Positions 13,196 to 25,794 of a stretch of DNA of 64,000 bases are shown piece after piece (position 1 is the first letter of the stretch; each line of letters starts with the position of its first letter). Location: NCBI RefSeq assembly GCF_000143415.4, contig NW_003314357.1, positions 124,001 to 188,000 on the forward strand. Reading direction: 5' to 3'. This DNA comes from Selaginella moellendorffii. Its lineage: Eukaryota; Plantae; Lycopodiophyta. The notes under the pieces were generated by a model that searched no databases, had not been told where the DNA came from, and saw only the letters and a list, made by a program, of their open reading frames with translations. The position numbers and the translations under genes were made by a program.

Positions 13196-16100
13196 TAATG
13201 TGAGGATATGGGTACTCCACCAGCTAGCATGGAATGGAACTTGGGCTTAGACCTAAGCTGGACGCAGAACAAGGACAGGCACGCAAGCGGGAGCTAGACT
13301 ATGCCTCAGGTTGGTCGGCCATACCTGACCTACCCACTATCCCTACTATACATTTGGAACCCCACCCCCCCGAGGAACACATGCTTTGGACTTTCACCCC
13401 AAGCCTCCCTTAGTATCAGGAGTTAGTCTCTAGGACAAGCTCGAAACTTACTAAACATGGAATGGCGCTAGATTGTGAATTTGGACACGGGATGAACACC
13501 ATTGTGTTTAGGCCGATCTCTACATTCCATAAATATGCCAAATTAGCAAATTTGGACACTTTCCATAAATAGCATTTGGGACCGAAATGAGACTAACATA
13601 AAGGGCATGATAGCAAGGGTGTTTGGCAGACACGGTAAGCTATCATCTAGCGATATTGAGGGACCAAGCTCAATGTCGCGGGGGTTCCCAACACTAGCAA
13701 GTGCAAGTTAACGAATGAGTTTCTCTAACCAGGTCAAGTATGTTTGACTAATAGCACTTAGGAATTCCGTCCTTATGCCCATCTGGTCAAGTGCACATGC
13801 GAAGACCAGTTTCTCAACTAGCTTAGGTGGAGACTGATAACGGGTCCAGTAATACCGACCTCATGCCGTCGTGGCAGTAAGGTAAGAGTGTCCGTAAGGA
13901 CTGATCAACAGGTAACTTTCGATACCCGAAGTCACATTCGCGACACTCTTCCCCCCTAGTGAAGATCGACGTCCTCGTCGATGCACACTCGAGTCTAGAA
14001 TACCGCCAAGGAAACAACTCCAGAAAAAGTTCACGGTATTCACACTATGTGAGAAATGCACCAACTTAAATGAGTTAGGAGGCAACCTTTTTGTCTAACA
14101 CGGATGCGCTACCAGCTCAGACACCTTCTGGCCGTCGCCGACAAGGAAATGACCAACGGAGTTAGCCACCCTTGCTACTCTGGGTGTCATCCAACTTACA
14201 AAAGTGTGATATGCCCTGCCCGCAAGAACATAGAGCCAACCCTCGTGAGCAAAGAAACCAAACCCGTCGGTAAGGTTTAGATAGACTATTGTAAACAGGC
14301 AGTTAAAGTTGTTTACACGGTCACGCCCTTTCAACGGAATAAGAAACATCGACAGAGAGGCGGGTGATGTGACTAGTCGACAGTAGTTACCCCATGACTA
14401 AAGATTTCAACATGCACACGAAGTGCCGAAGCCAGTCTACCTATACTGGCCCAAACTCAAAGATCAATAGATGGACAATATCAAAGTCATAGACAATGAT
14501 ATCTTAGAGTCTTAATTATCAGTGAACATAACGTAGATTAGAACACAAAAATATTCCAAGTAAGTTATCATCCGATAAACCAGTATTTAGTATAGGAACC
14601 ACTAAGATCATCATAATTGGTAAACATAGGAATCACCATCCAACAAAATTCAATAGCAAGTAGATCATCAAGGAAACTCAATGATGAAACTTAACTACCG
14701 AAATTGGCAGATAGTATGCCAAACAACTCACAAAACACAACTCAAAGAACACAAAGTATCATTGACTAACAAACACAATGCTCGCGAATGTATCACCCGA
14801 AGGAAATAACATCAAAATCTATTAGAACTAACTCAAGCAATAATCAACACAATAGAATAAATGCGGTAAAACCAACAAACACTTAGTCATGCCAACCATC
14901 GCACAAGCCAATCTGAATAGATCCTGGTTAACAATACCAAGGAACTCAAATTGCTTAAGCAAGTGTTAGCAATATCCTAATGATGTCTCAAACCTAAGAG
15001 ACCAATCCAGAGCAAACCACAAAGAACATGTGGGATTGCGAAAAACCATAAGCCATCAAAGAGAAAAACTAACCATCATGAAAGATCATCAATCATCCCA
15101 TTAATAAAGAGATACAAAATCATTGTCTAAGAAGGAATCCACCATCCCGAAGAATAGCAAATCATTCTAGATTAACGATAATCAAGCAAAACCTTCGACA
15201 AGGATAATCAATTATCCTAGATGATAGTTAATCATCACCAATGATTGCTAGATGCAAAAGCCAACTTCAACATCGAAGCTAATGAGCCAAAATGCCTTCC
15301 CCAACAACTTCTAGCAAATGGAATAATGAGCATGAAAACTCAAGGAACCAAAAGCTTGAAAAAGCCTATAGCTAAGTCTTTGTCTATAATGATCACAAGT
15401 CTTGAATGAACTAACTTCAATGCTAAAGAAGAAATCATGGGACAAGGTTTAGCCAGTATCCAAGACTAATCCTCTAACAATATTCAGTTTCAGATAACAT
15501 GTCATCAAGGAGTGATTCACCATCTAAGACTCAATGAAATCCAACACTATGAACTAAATGTAACAAAATGATATCAACAGAGGAAGAGTCAATATGCCAA
15601 CATGGAAAACCCACGCAAGTCACGACACGATCCTCCGCAACACCACTAGGTAAAGCAAGCCCATCACTGCTAAATCATCACTGAGCAAAGCAAGTGTCAA
15701 CAGTCTTTGACGAAGTCTACAAGTAATCACTAGTCGCAAAGCAACTAACAATCACTCCTCAACTTGACTTCATAAGACCCAAACACCAACTCTTGTCATC
15801 AAGTTATATTCTTGTCCAACATGAATGTGATACCCCAAGTATGAGATAAAAGTTCATAGACAAGCACAAACTAAATGACCACTCGAATCCAACTCAACCG
15901 CAATAAGTTCATTAAAACATTTAGCCACTAGCTTTGAGCATGCCTTGAAGAGGCTAGCTATGCGATCAACACTCAGTTGAAACTAAAGTGAAGACTATGA
16001 AATGGACTTATATCGGTACACAACCTCCTCATAGACAAAGATATAGTATGGGTACCAACATCTCAACCTTAAACAACTAAGTTGGACATCACCATCCTCA

Positions 16101-19100
16101 GCCAAGGCGCAGGGCTACTAAGACTAAGTCAAGATCAGTGAAAGTTCACTACTCTCATAGAGTCTCAATGCAAAATGCAACCTGCCACTGAGTATAACAC
16201 TACAGAAAAAAGGCACAAGGGTCACCCTTCTTAGAAAAGTGCAACAATCACTTTTCTACACCAACTCTAGACTTTATCCAACTCAATTGCCTTAGCCCCA
16301 AAAAGTCAGCATCCCTTTCGGGCCATATCATACAAACTATCTACTAAGGTTTAAGCCAACCGAAGTTAGCTCCAACCTCTTCACTAGTTTGTACTGGCTT
16401 ACGAAAACTGAATGCTTTTCGGGCAAAGTGATTAACAGATCAGCCATTGGAAAAGCCTAAGAAAATTTGTGGAAATTTTTTCATTCTAGAGAACGAATGA
16501 CTCTCAATCCAGGAATGCAAACTTTCAAGACTCAACCAATTTCCTCCTACCTACTACTTCACATAGATTCATCTTAACACAAATTCTCATGACCCATAGT
16601 ATACTTAAGCATTGAACACTTTGCCCATCTAACCGATATCCAACACCGACATCCGCAAAGTGAAAAATGAACATCCAAGGCTTGATCACGAAGACTACAT
16701 CTTTGGATATCCACATTGCACTAACACTCTTCTTCAATCACCTTCAAGATCCAATGTGAAGCAAAAACACTAACAAGAAAAATGACATGGAAAATCAAGG
16801 TCCAAGGAAAATTCCTCATCAATTGAAATAACAATGCCACTTCCACTAACACAATTGCTAGTGATGTCAATGTCCCAACTACACATCTTTTCTATCCAAC
16901 AATCTACTCCAAGTGCTAATGGATCAACTGACAAGTCATAGCAAGTGAATGCTATAACCTTTTTTTCCAACACCTAATGGGCAAATTCAAGGAAACAAGG
17001 TACTAACATAAGCTTAGCATAATGGACCATCACCGAGAATCCAGTTAAAGATACCTCAATGCTACTTCATGCAGATAGACTAGCTTCACTATCAACCACT
17101 TTGGGGTTGATCATCATTTACCCAAGCAACTTCGTAAATACTTTGTTTATTATCACATGGATATGATATAAATCACAATGACTTGATCATCAATCAAGCA
17201 ACACTATGAGCAATGCCCATGTCACTACTGCAAAGGTTTATGTGAATATCAAGTGCCAACTCAATTCGACAAAATGTAACATAAATGCCACACCCCATCA
17301 ATAGAGATTTACAACACCTAACACCACTAACTTTTGTTCACGACACGAACAAGCTCATGCCACTCTCTTTCCGACCAAACTCAACACTAATTCAACACAA
17401 AGCTACTCAAGGAGCAATAGCAAGGTTCCCCGGAAAAGAATTGAGCATTGCAACCCAAGTCTTCCAATAGCTAGCCTAGACAAAATGGTATAGCACTTCA
17501 CCGCTATCCATCCCACAACTCACCATTGTAAAACCACCATCTCCAACATGCATCAAGATAGGGATTCTTGATTGCATAATGTGAACATAAGCAATGAGTT
17601 AACACCTCGTTGCAGATCATCTCTCCAAGAAGAGAAAATGATTTACGTATTTGATCCTCCGTCCCCGATGACTCTCTTTTCGGTCTTATCTTTGACCAAA
17701 CCTTAAGCTTGCTTTCGCACTGCCTTCAGTTCAACCGAAGAAAAGTTTATGAGAGAGCACGGCCATGACTACTTGAACCAATAGACTAATCCCTATAGTC
17801 TTGATTAATCCACTTATAATCATGCCTAGGAAGGATCCATTAGTGCCATGCTAAACAGCTACGGACCAGCCTATTTGCCACTCATAGCAAACCCAGGGAG
17901 GTTTGCTTTCACCCATGGTACAAGGAATAACTTATGGAACCACTGGAACCACTCATGGAACCACCAATAGGCTAACATTAATCCTGCCAACTTAAAGTGT
18001 AACTTCAAGTTGCTAATGTGCCTCATTTACGAGCCCAAGCGAAAACTCGTGTTAACGGAACAACTTATATCCAACTTATGAGCCCAAGCGCAAGCTCATA
18101 TAATACAGTACAAAATGGTAACCAAATCCATACCCAAGGAACGATTGTGAAGTCTTAGCACCCAAACGTGTACTCACTCGGATCATCGTTTTCATCTCTG
18201 CGTATACAACGAGACTAGTTGCCTAATTTCATTGAATAGTACTTGCTGAGACTCATCCTCTGATACCAAATGTAACGCACATGGTTTTGACCCTTTATCC
18301 TATGGTGATTTACCATAGGATAACACCACGAAGCAGAACCTAAACCCTCTTTGTGCCACGTGACAGATGCCACATGTCACATACCATGTGTCCAAAGGAA
18401 CATGGTGCGGAACTCGAGGTTTAGGGCCTTGGGCCACTAAACGAAGGAACGGTGCCAAACTCCCAAGCGTGAAGCCAAGGAGTGATGGAACCAGACCACG
18501 GAGCAACTCCCGAGCATATAGCCCAAGGAGCGAAGGGATAGGAGCTCGGAGCGACTTGGAATAGTCCTGGAGCAACCAACATCCCAATGCCAAGACCAAC
18601 ACGCAAAACGGAGCCAAATGGAGTCTGGTGCTATTTCGGCATACCGGTGTCCTAATGTGAGGATATGGGTACTCCACCAGCTAGCATGGAATGGAACTTG
18701 GGCTTAGATCTAAGCTAGATGCAAAACAAGGATAGGCATGCAAGCGGGAGCTAGACTATACCTCAGGTTGGTTGGCCATACCCGACCTACCCACTATCCC
18801 TACCGCCCCCCCCCCCCTTGAGGAACACACGCTTTGGGCTTTCACCCCAAGCCTCCTTTAGTATCAGGAGTTAGTCTCTGGGACAAGCTCAAAACTTATT
18901 AAACATAGAATGGCGCTAGATTGTGAATTTGGACACGGGATGAACACCATTGTGTTCAGGCCGATCTCTACATTCCATAGATATGCCAAATGAGCAAATC
19001 TGGACACTTTTCATAAATAGCATTTGGGATCGAAATGAGACTAACACAAAGGGCATGATAGCAAGGGTGTTTGGCAGACACGGTAAGCTATCATCTAGCG

Positions 19101-19392
19101 ATATTGAGGACCAAGCTCAATATCGCGGGGGTTCCCAACATTAGCAAGTGTAAGTCAACGAATGAGTTTCTCTAACCAGGTCAAGTATATTTGACTAATA
19201 GCACTTAGGAATTCCGTTCTTATGCCCATCTGGTCAAGTGCACACGCGAAGACTAATTTCTCAACTAGCTTAGGTGGAGGCTGATAACAAGTCTAGCAAT
19301 ACCGACCTTCTGCTGGCGTGGCAGTAAGGTAAGAGTGTCCGTAAGGACTGATCGACAGGTCATTTTCGATACCCGAAGTCACATTCGCGACA

Positions 19393-20090
19393 ATCAATAA
19401 TACTTTATATTCTTTTAGTTGTCTTTTGTAAGTTGTTTGGCATACTATCTACAATATTTGATAATTAAGTTTTATCATTGAGTTTTCTTAATGATACACT
19501 TGCTATTAAATTTTATTGGATAGTTAATCCTATGATGACTTTAACCTTTCATGATCTTGGTGGTTCTTATACTACTAGTTTATCAGATGATAACTTATTT
19601 GGAATACTTTTGTGTTCTATTCTACATATTTTTCACTGATAATTAAGTTTCTAAGATATCATTGTCTTTAATTTTGATATTGTCCGTCTCTTAATCTTTG
19701 GGTTTGGGCTAGTAAAGGTAGAATATCTTCAACACTTTGTGTGTATAGTGAAATATTTAGTCATGGGGTAGTTATTGTTAATTGGTCATATCACCTACCT
19801 CTTTTTTAATGTTTTTAATTCTGTTTTAAATGGCATGACCGTGTAAACAACTCTAACTACCCATTTACAGTAATCTATCTAAACCTTACTAATGGGTTTG
19901 GTTCTCTCTATATTATTTGCAAGTAAGGGCATATCATCTTTTGTAACCTGGGTGACACCATAGTGGCTAACTTTATTAATCATTTCCTTGTTGATGACAA
20001 TTGAAAAGTGTTTGAGTTCTAGTGCATTTGCATTAAACAAAAAAATTGCCTTTTAACTCATTTAAGTCAATGCATTTCTCTTAAAGTGTA
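19393..20090 (+). mobile_element. Old AT-decayed copy of family-A internal region (right part)
   Basis: Reverse complement of ~14030-14765 with many C>T/G>A changes; collinear continuation of the sequence ending at 8465. Confidence 0.8.
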
Positions 20091-20199
20091 CCAGCGTTGA
20101 ACTTCTCCTTGCATCACAAACTTGTACTCTGTCTTCCTTTCGGACTAACAGTCACCTGCAGTGCAAGGATATGTAACACTCACTGCTCGTTTACCCATG

Positions 20200-20951
20200 C
20201 TAGCACGCCATCGACATACTTGAACGAGTACTTCCCAGGCAACATGTATCTTCCCGCTTCCATTGATATGGCCTAATCACTGCTGGTTCACCCTTTAAAG
20301 CCTCCAGCTTGAACACTTCGATTTGTTCCCCTTGGAAGTTCAACCCGATAGCCTCTCCAACAAAACCCTCGCAAGCCCACCCGACTTCCGGCCAAATCAC
20401 GTTGGCTTTCTTGAGTTTGTGCAGAAGGTTGTTCTTGAACTCTAGTGAGCGATAGACTGTGCCCTTCAAGCGCTCTAAAGCCGCTTCTGCATGTACTGCA
20501 TGGAGATAGTTGGTGCAAAAAGATCCATTGTGAACATGGCCCTTGAACACAGATGCAGGATCTCTAAGCTTCTCTACCTCCCCTGCGTACCTGTTCTTGA
20601 TGTAGTCTCGGATGGATTCAAAGGGCTCAGCTGCCCTGAAGTTAAGCAGGACCATTTCCACTCTCTCTTTTCGTCCAGGTACTTCTCTGGGCTTTCCCTG
20701 TAGATTTCATTTCCCGTACCCAGATCCAGCATAGGAATGCCCAAACGTCTCTTCTTGCTGAAGAATGTCTGTGTGATGCCTTCAACGTACCCTTTACAAG
20801 CTTTGTCTAGGAAGAACAGGGACATCGGGTGCTTGCCATCATAAAGCATAACATCCGCCTTGACAGTGTAAGCCAGAAGCTCCCAAGGGGCAGAGCTGAT
20901 TATTGTGTAAGCTCCAGGTTGAGGAAGAAATTGTGAAACTGGATGCATCAA
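20200..20951 (-). pseudogene. Frameshifted ORF pair of unknown function (possible lineage-specific gene)
   Basis: Two overlapping ORFs (125 and 153 aa) with protein-like composition; no recognisable motif. Confidence 0.3.
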
Positions 20952-21028
20952 ACTCCGTTACCACAGCATTCAGGTAACAAAAACCGCGATCTTAATCGTT
21001 ATATGGTTGCAGCGACGTCTCTGCAAAC

Positions 21029-21657
21029 TTGACATCCGAGTTGATTGCCGTGAAAACTGTCTACCCATCCCTGTGGCTCGCAAATTTCTTCTCCTTCAAG
21101 GTAGAAGACCCGAAAGGCTGTGTCCATCGCTTCACTTGCGGTACCTTGGTCTATCCGCGTCATCATCGTCACTATCATAACCTGTGTCACGCAGGGACAC
21201 AAAGCCTTGAAGAGGTCCTTGCAACAGTTTCGGTCCGGATTGGCTGCGAGGACGACAGCCTCCAACTCTTGGTAAATCCGGTGGTAGCGTCGAGTCCATT
21301 GATTTGATATATCCAGGTTGACATGGGCAGTACAAAGACGATGAAGGCGACTTGATACTTTTGTCCAGCGACAACGACTTGGCGCTGGCCGTGGCCTCCG
21401 CGAAAGCTTACGGAATGAAGGTACATCGAGTTTTCAAAGCTAAACACACGCTTTCTTTCACTCGCCTCTCGCAGGTATTGAGGCTTTACGTCGACTGCCC
21501 ACACACGGCGGGGAAGCTGTGCAGATGGAAATCGCTTCGCAGGACGGTGATTGCATCCATTATGCAAGACAGACTGGCAACGAGCCATGGAAGCTCGCCT
21601 GGAACCGGGTTCTCAGCTTTAGGCAGCGGCAAGAAGAAGATCTGTGACATCACTTGA
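21029..21657 (+). CDS. PB1-domain gene or fragment resembling the C-terminus of CBS-PB1 (CBSCBSPB) proteins, multi-exon; start not resolved
   Basis: Spliced reading FFSFKVEDPKGCVHRFTC|GTQSLEEVLATVSVRIG...LQLL|YKDDEGDLILLSSDNDLALAVASAKAYGMK|VLRLYVD, with the OPCA motif YxDDEGD and three ~55-nt GT-AG introns. Confidence 0.65.
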
Positions 21658-21844
21658 TGCTATAACAACCGTATCTCCTTCTTTGACGATGTCACTACCT
21701 GGTTTAAATCCCAAAAGCTTCGTTGACAGAACAGTAGCTCAAGCTGACCTCTGGCTTCTCCAGCGTAAACGATCAGAATACCATAGCAAAGTCGGGCACT
21801 TGTTGTGATTCAAAGCTCACCTCTATGGCGGCACAAAGCGAACA

Positions 21845-23960
21845 TCAGTACTCCTGTTGCTTTCCAACTCGTTGCTCTCGAAAGTGACGAAGTAGCGCCA
21901 GTGCCTAGACACATTTCCGTATCAAAAAATCCCTCTGTGAGCGTAGAAAGAAAGTTGAAGTACCTTATCTTTGCCTCGTGGTGTGCCCGCGAGAGATAAC
22001 GCATGCAACGGTGGCACCGCGCCTTCCTGCAACACCATTGCTCGGTGCTTGCTACTGTTGATGCAGAGATGGAGCAGAGCAGCCGCGGCATTCTCTTGTC
22101 CTCGCGGGGAGCCCGTCTCCACCACCTGGACCAGCGCGATGATGCCTCCTTCCTCGGCGATGGACACTCTCCCTTCTGGCACAGTTGACAGATTCGCCAG
22201 TATGGCAACCGCTTTGTCCACCATGCCCGTCGCAGCTTGCGAGGCCAGCTCCACCAGCGGCCTGATAGCTCCAGCTCTGACCATCCTCGGCTTGTTGTCG
22301 TGAGAGGTTGAGAGGTTGAAGAGCGCCGTTGCTGCGTCCTTCTTGCCACCGGGGCTGCCGCTTGCCAGCAGTTCCACCAGAGGAGATATCGCACCCGCGG
22401 CACCAATCACTTCCTTGTTGTTGTCCACCACGGAAAGGTTGAAGAGCGTAGCGGCAGCGTTCTCCACTGCTGCGCTGCTTCCCGCTTTCAACACCCTCAC
22501 CAGTGGATCGATGGCACCCGCCCGGGAGATCTCCGCCTTGTTGTTGTCGTTGATGGAGAGGTTCAAGAGAGCTGTCACGGCGATTTCCTGGGTTTGCTCG
22601 TCACCATCGTCTAATAACGCGATCAGAGGCCTCACGGCACCGGCCTCGACAACCAATATCCTGCTCTGTATGTCGTCTTTAGCCAGCAGGCGTAGCTCTG
22701 CCGCCGCGTACTTGCGAGCTCCAGCAAACGGAGAGCTCAAATCAGTCACCAAGTTCGTAATGAGTTGCTCGAAAGCCTGCGACGTCTCACCACTTCTTGT
22801 CACCCTGTCCTGAAAGCTGTTATGCCGTTTGTCGAGCTCCAGTAAGGAATGAAAGCGAGAAGCTCGGCCCAGGGACTTGGTTTGCCTGTAGTAGCGGCCA
22901 CTGGCCGCGTTCCTTGCACAGCCCACATTTTTCTCAAGAGCAGCAGCCTCAGCAACGTTGTTTGCTTCACACCAGCTTGTGATGAGCGCCTTGACCGTAT
23001 AGTTTGGTATCAAGTTGTCATGCGGCAAAGGTTGGCGTGTCTTTGGACACGAAAAGTTTCCCTGCTCCAGCCACCTCTGGATATAAGCTCTCTCGTATGT
23101 CTGCCCCGAGGCCACAATCACCGGATCCACCATCAGCTCCAAAGAAAGGGGACACCTGAAATCTGCTGGGATAGGCACACCCCAAGCCTTGTCATCGTCG
23201 TCTATTTCGCTCAGCAGTTGAGTGAAGAGCAACAAGACGTCCTGTATCTCGGCCTTTTGGTCCTCCGAGGCAGCACTCTCCCCCTCTCTCTGCAAAGCTT
23301 CCAGCTCCTTCCCTAGGCCATTGTTGCATCTGATGCCCACCTTGCTTGCAATGCTCTGGAGCTTGTTTCTCCCAACGGCTTTCCCATGTCTATGTTGCAA
23401 GAGCATTGTGTCGATTTCCTCGGCTAGCCTGGCATCGGACACGTCTACAAAGTAGCTGCTATTTCCACCAGCCTGCAAGACTGTCGTTTCGTTAAGGAGT
23501 GTTACTATCTGTAAAGAATGTGAGAGGTGCTTGCCTTGTGAGGAAAATTCTTCAAGGCGTGCTCGATTTGCAGCGTCACATCCTTAAATCTTGTAGTCAA
23601 GAGCTGGCAACGCCATACCTGGAAGGAAATCTCGGTACTAAGCTAACTTTTCAAGGCTTTCACTATTAAGCTTACCTTGTATATCTTGCTTCCCGACATG
23701 TCCAACAAGACCTTAGCTCCTTGAAGCGCATTTTCAAGAGATCGAGCCCTTTCTCCTGCGATCGCACATGAATCCCCCTCAGCCAGCACTGCGGCTACGG
23801 ACTTGAGATATACTAGAAGCTGCAGCTGATGCGAGGATAGCGAGTGCCTGCCAGAAGAAGCAGTAGAAGAGCCAGTGTCGCCGCCATGTTCGCAGGCAGC
23901 TATCAAACCCCGTAGCACGCCAGAAATTCGGGCGTGCGCAGTGCCACGATTCGCCTCCAT
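21845..23960 (-). CDS. Plant U-box/ARM-repeat E3 ubiquitin ligase (PUB2/3/4-like). Exons 23960-23676, 23618-23535, 23472-21964, 21904-21845
   Basis: U-box PIPADFRCPLSLELMVDPVIVASGQTYERAYIQRWL...LIPNYTVKALI; ARM repeats (AVTALLNLS, AAATLFNLS, KKDAATALFNLS); last exon ALALLRHFREQR. Confidence 0.92.
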
Positions 23961-24249
23961 TCCCGAAATATCCGAAGTATTTCTTTCCCGCGCTCACCAC
24001 CTGGACTATAGGGAAGTTGTGTGGAGGAGCATTCTCACTCCATACTGGGAAGGCCGATCGAGGCGAGGGGATCCATTGGCGGCGATGCAAACCCTACTGC
24101 TAGCGCTGTGCTCCGCTGTGGAGCTGCCGAGGGCGGCAATTCGTATAAAATAACAAACGTACACGTCAGCTCCTTAAAAACAACACCAGCAAGATGATTC
24201 TTTGTTCTTAAGAAAAGAATCTCATTTAAAAAAGCTATAATATGAATAA

Positions 24250-25733
24250 TTGGTTTGCTTAAGAAAATCTGTGGTGGTAGTGGATATACCTAAAATATTC
24301 TTGGATTCTGGGATATTTTACCATCTAACAGTTGTTATTTATTTAGATTTATTTTTTATTTTTTATTTATAAATATTTATAATTTATAAAAAAATTAAAT
24401 ACTTATTATTATATTTTATTTTTCTGTGAAGGAATATTTTAAAAATCTTAATAGTTGTTGTGCTTATAAATTATAAACATATTTATAATTATAAACATGC
24501 ATTTGATCATTTGGATTAATAAATTGTAAACTAGATAGACAACAGGAATAGTTGCTTTGATAATATATAGGCAGAAAGAAATGAGTTTATGATTGCTTTG
24601 ATCTACTAATTATCATGGATGGATTGCTCACTACCAAGGAGCATGTGAGACTAGAGATCAAAGGAACTAGAAGAAAGCATTATATTTTGTAATGAGATAG
24701 AATTTATTTATGAAAAGATGGGTTTGAGCTCGCTCAACTTAAAAGTGAGTGAGTAAATACAAAATGTGATTTAAAAATAAAAATTTGAATTTTTTGTATC
24801 CAGTTTCTCTTAAATCCTATAGCAACTGATTTGTGGCACCAAGTTGACAGCAACCAAACCTATATGCCTTGTAAAACTTCAATTATACTTTTTGGTATAT
24901 AATAAGAATCTGGCTGATTGATGAATTATTATTCAAACTATTCAAACTACTCACTCTTGTATATAAGCTAGGTTTTTTTGGTTAATTGATATGCATATTG
25001 TTTGTATTCCATTTCTATATTCTATGTACTCATAATGTTAAATTTTGACTTATAACATAAGATATTATTAGTAATGTAAATGTAAATAGTTTATAGAGGC
25101 TCAAATACCTTTTTTTATCAGATATTTAACTTATTGTAAAATAATCAAATTGCAGCAATAATCTCAGACAAAGACAATGACAATATATAAGAATATTAAC
25201 TACTGGAAGTTGAGTGATGATATTTATTTTTTTCCTAAAGAAATTAAACTTATTAACACATACAAATTCTCTTTTCATTTATTCATGAAAAAAAAAGTTT
25301 ATTTATAAACTTGATTCTCTTTTAAAAAAATTTGTGATTACTATTACTCTTATAAATTTTATAGATACTCATGGTAAATCTTAGTAACATATAATATACA
25401 CTAATTTATTAGTTATAAATTTTCTTTCCCAATTAGTGTAAAAATTTGCTACGTATTGCATGTAGCAATGCTTGGTTTGCTTAATAATAGTGTTATTCCT
25501 ACTTATTAATTCAATTGATCAAATAATTATAAACATGTTTATAATTTATAAACACAAGATTAATCATACTGGATATCAACTATTAGATGGTAGAAAAAAA
25601 AGAATATACTAGAAAGGGCTTACGAAAGTTCATAAATTATAAACATGTTTACAAATTATAAATATAAGATTAATCTCAACCGTTAGATGGTAAAATATCC
25701 TAGAATATCCAAGCATATTCTTAAGCAAACCAA
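24250..25733. mobile_element. AT-rich non-autonomous TIR element or MITE nest
   Basis: TTGGTTTGCTTAAGAA...GGATATTTTACCATCTAAC at the left end and its reverse complement at 25678-25733. No clear TSD. Confidence 0.55.
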
Positions 25734-25794
25734 AAATAGAAGTGTAAGTATTCCTAATTAGATCTTTTATAAAACTCATGTTTACAGACTGAAT

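Larger units (their letters stand above)
8466..19392 (-). mobile_element. Non-autonomous Ty3/Gypsy LTR retrotransposon, family A
   Basis: 5' LTR 18271-19392 (TG...CA). PBS TGGTATCAGAG (tRNA-iMet) on the minus strand at ~18258-18268. PPT AGGGGGGAAGAG at 13946-13957. 3' LTR 8466-13945 is split by a nested insertion. TSD ATCAG/ATCAA. The internal 4.3 kb has no long ORF. Confidence 0.9.
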
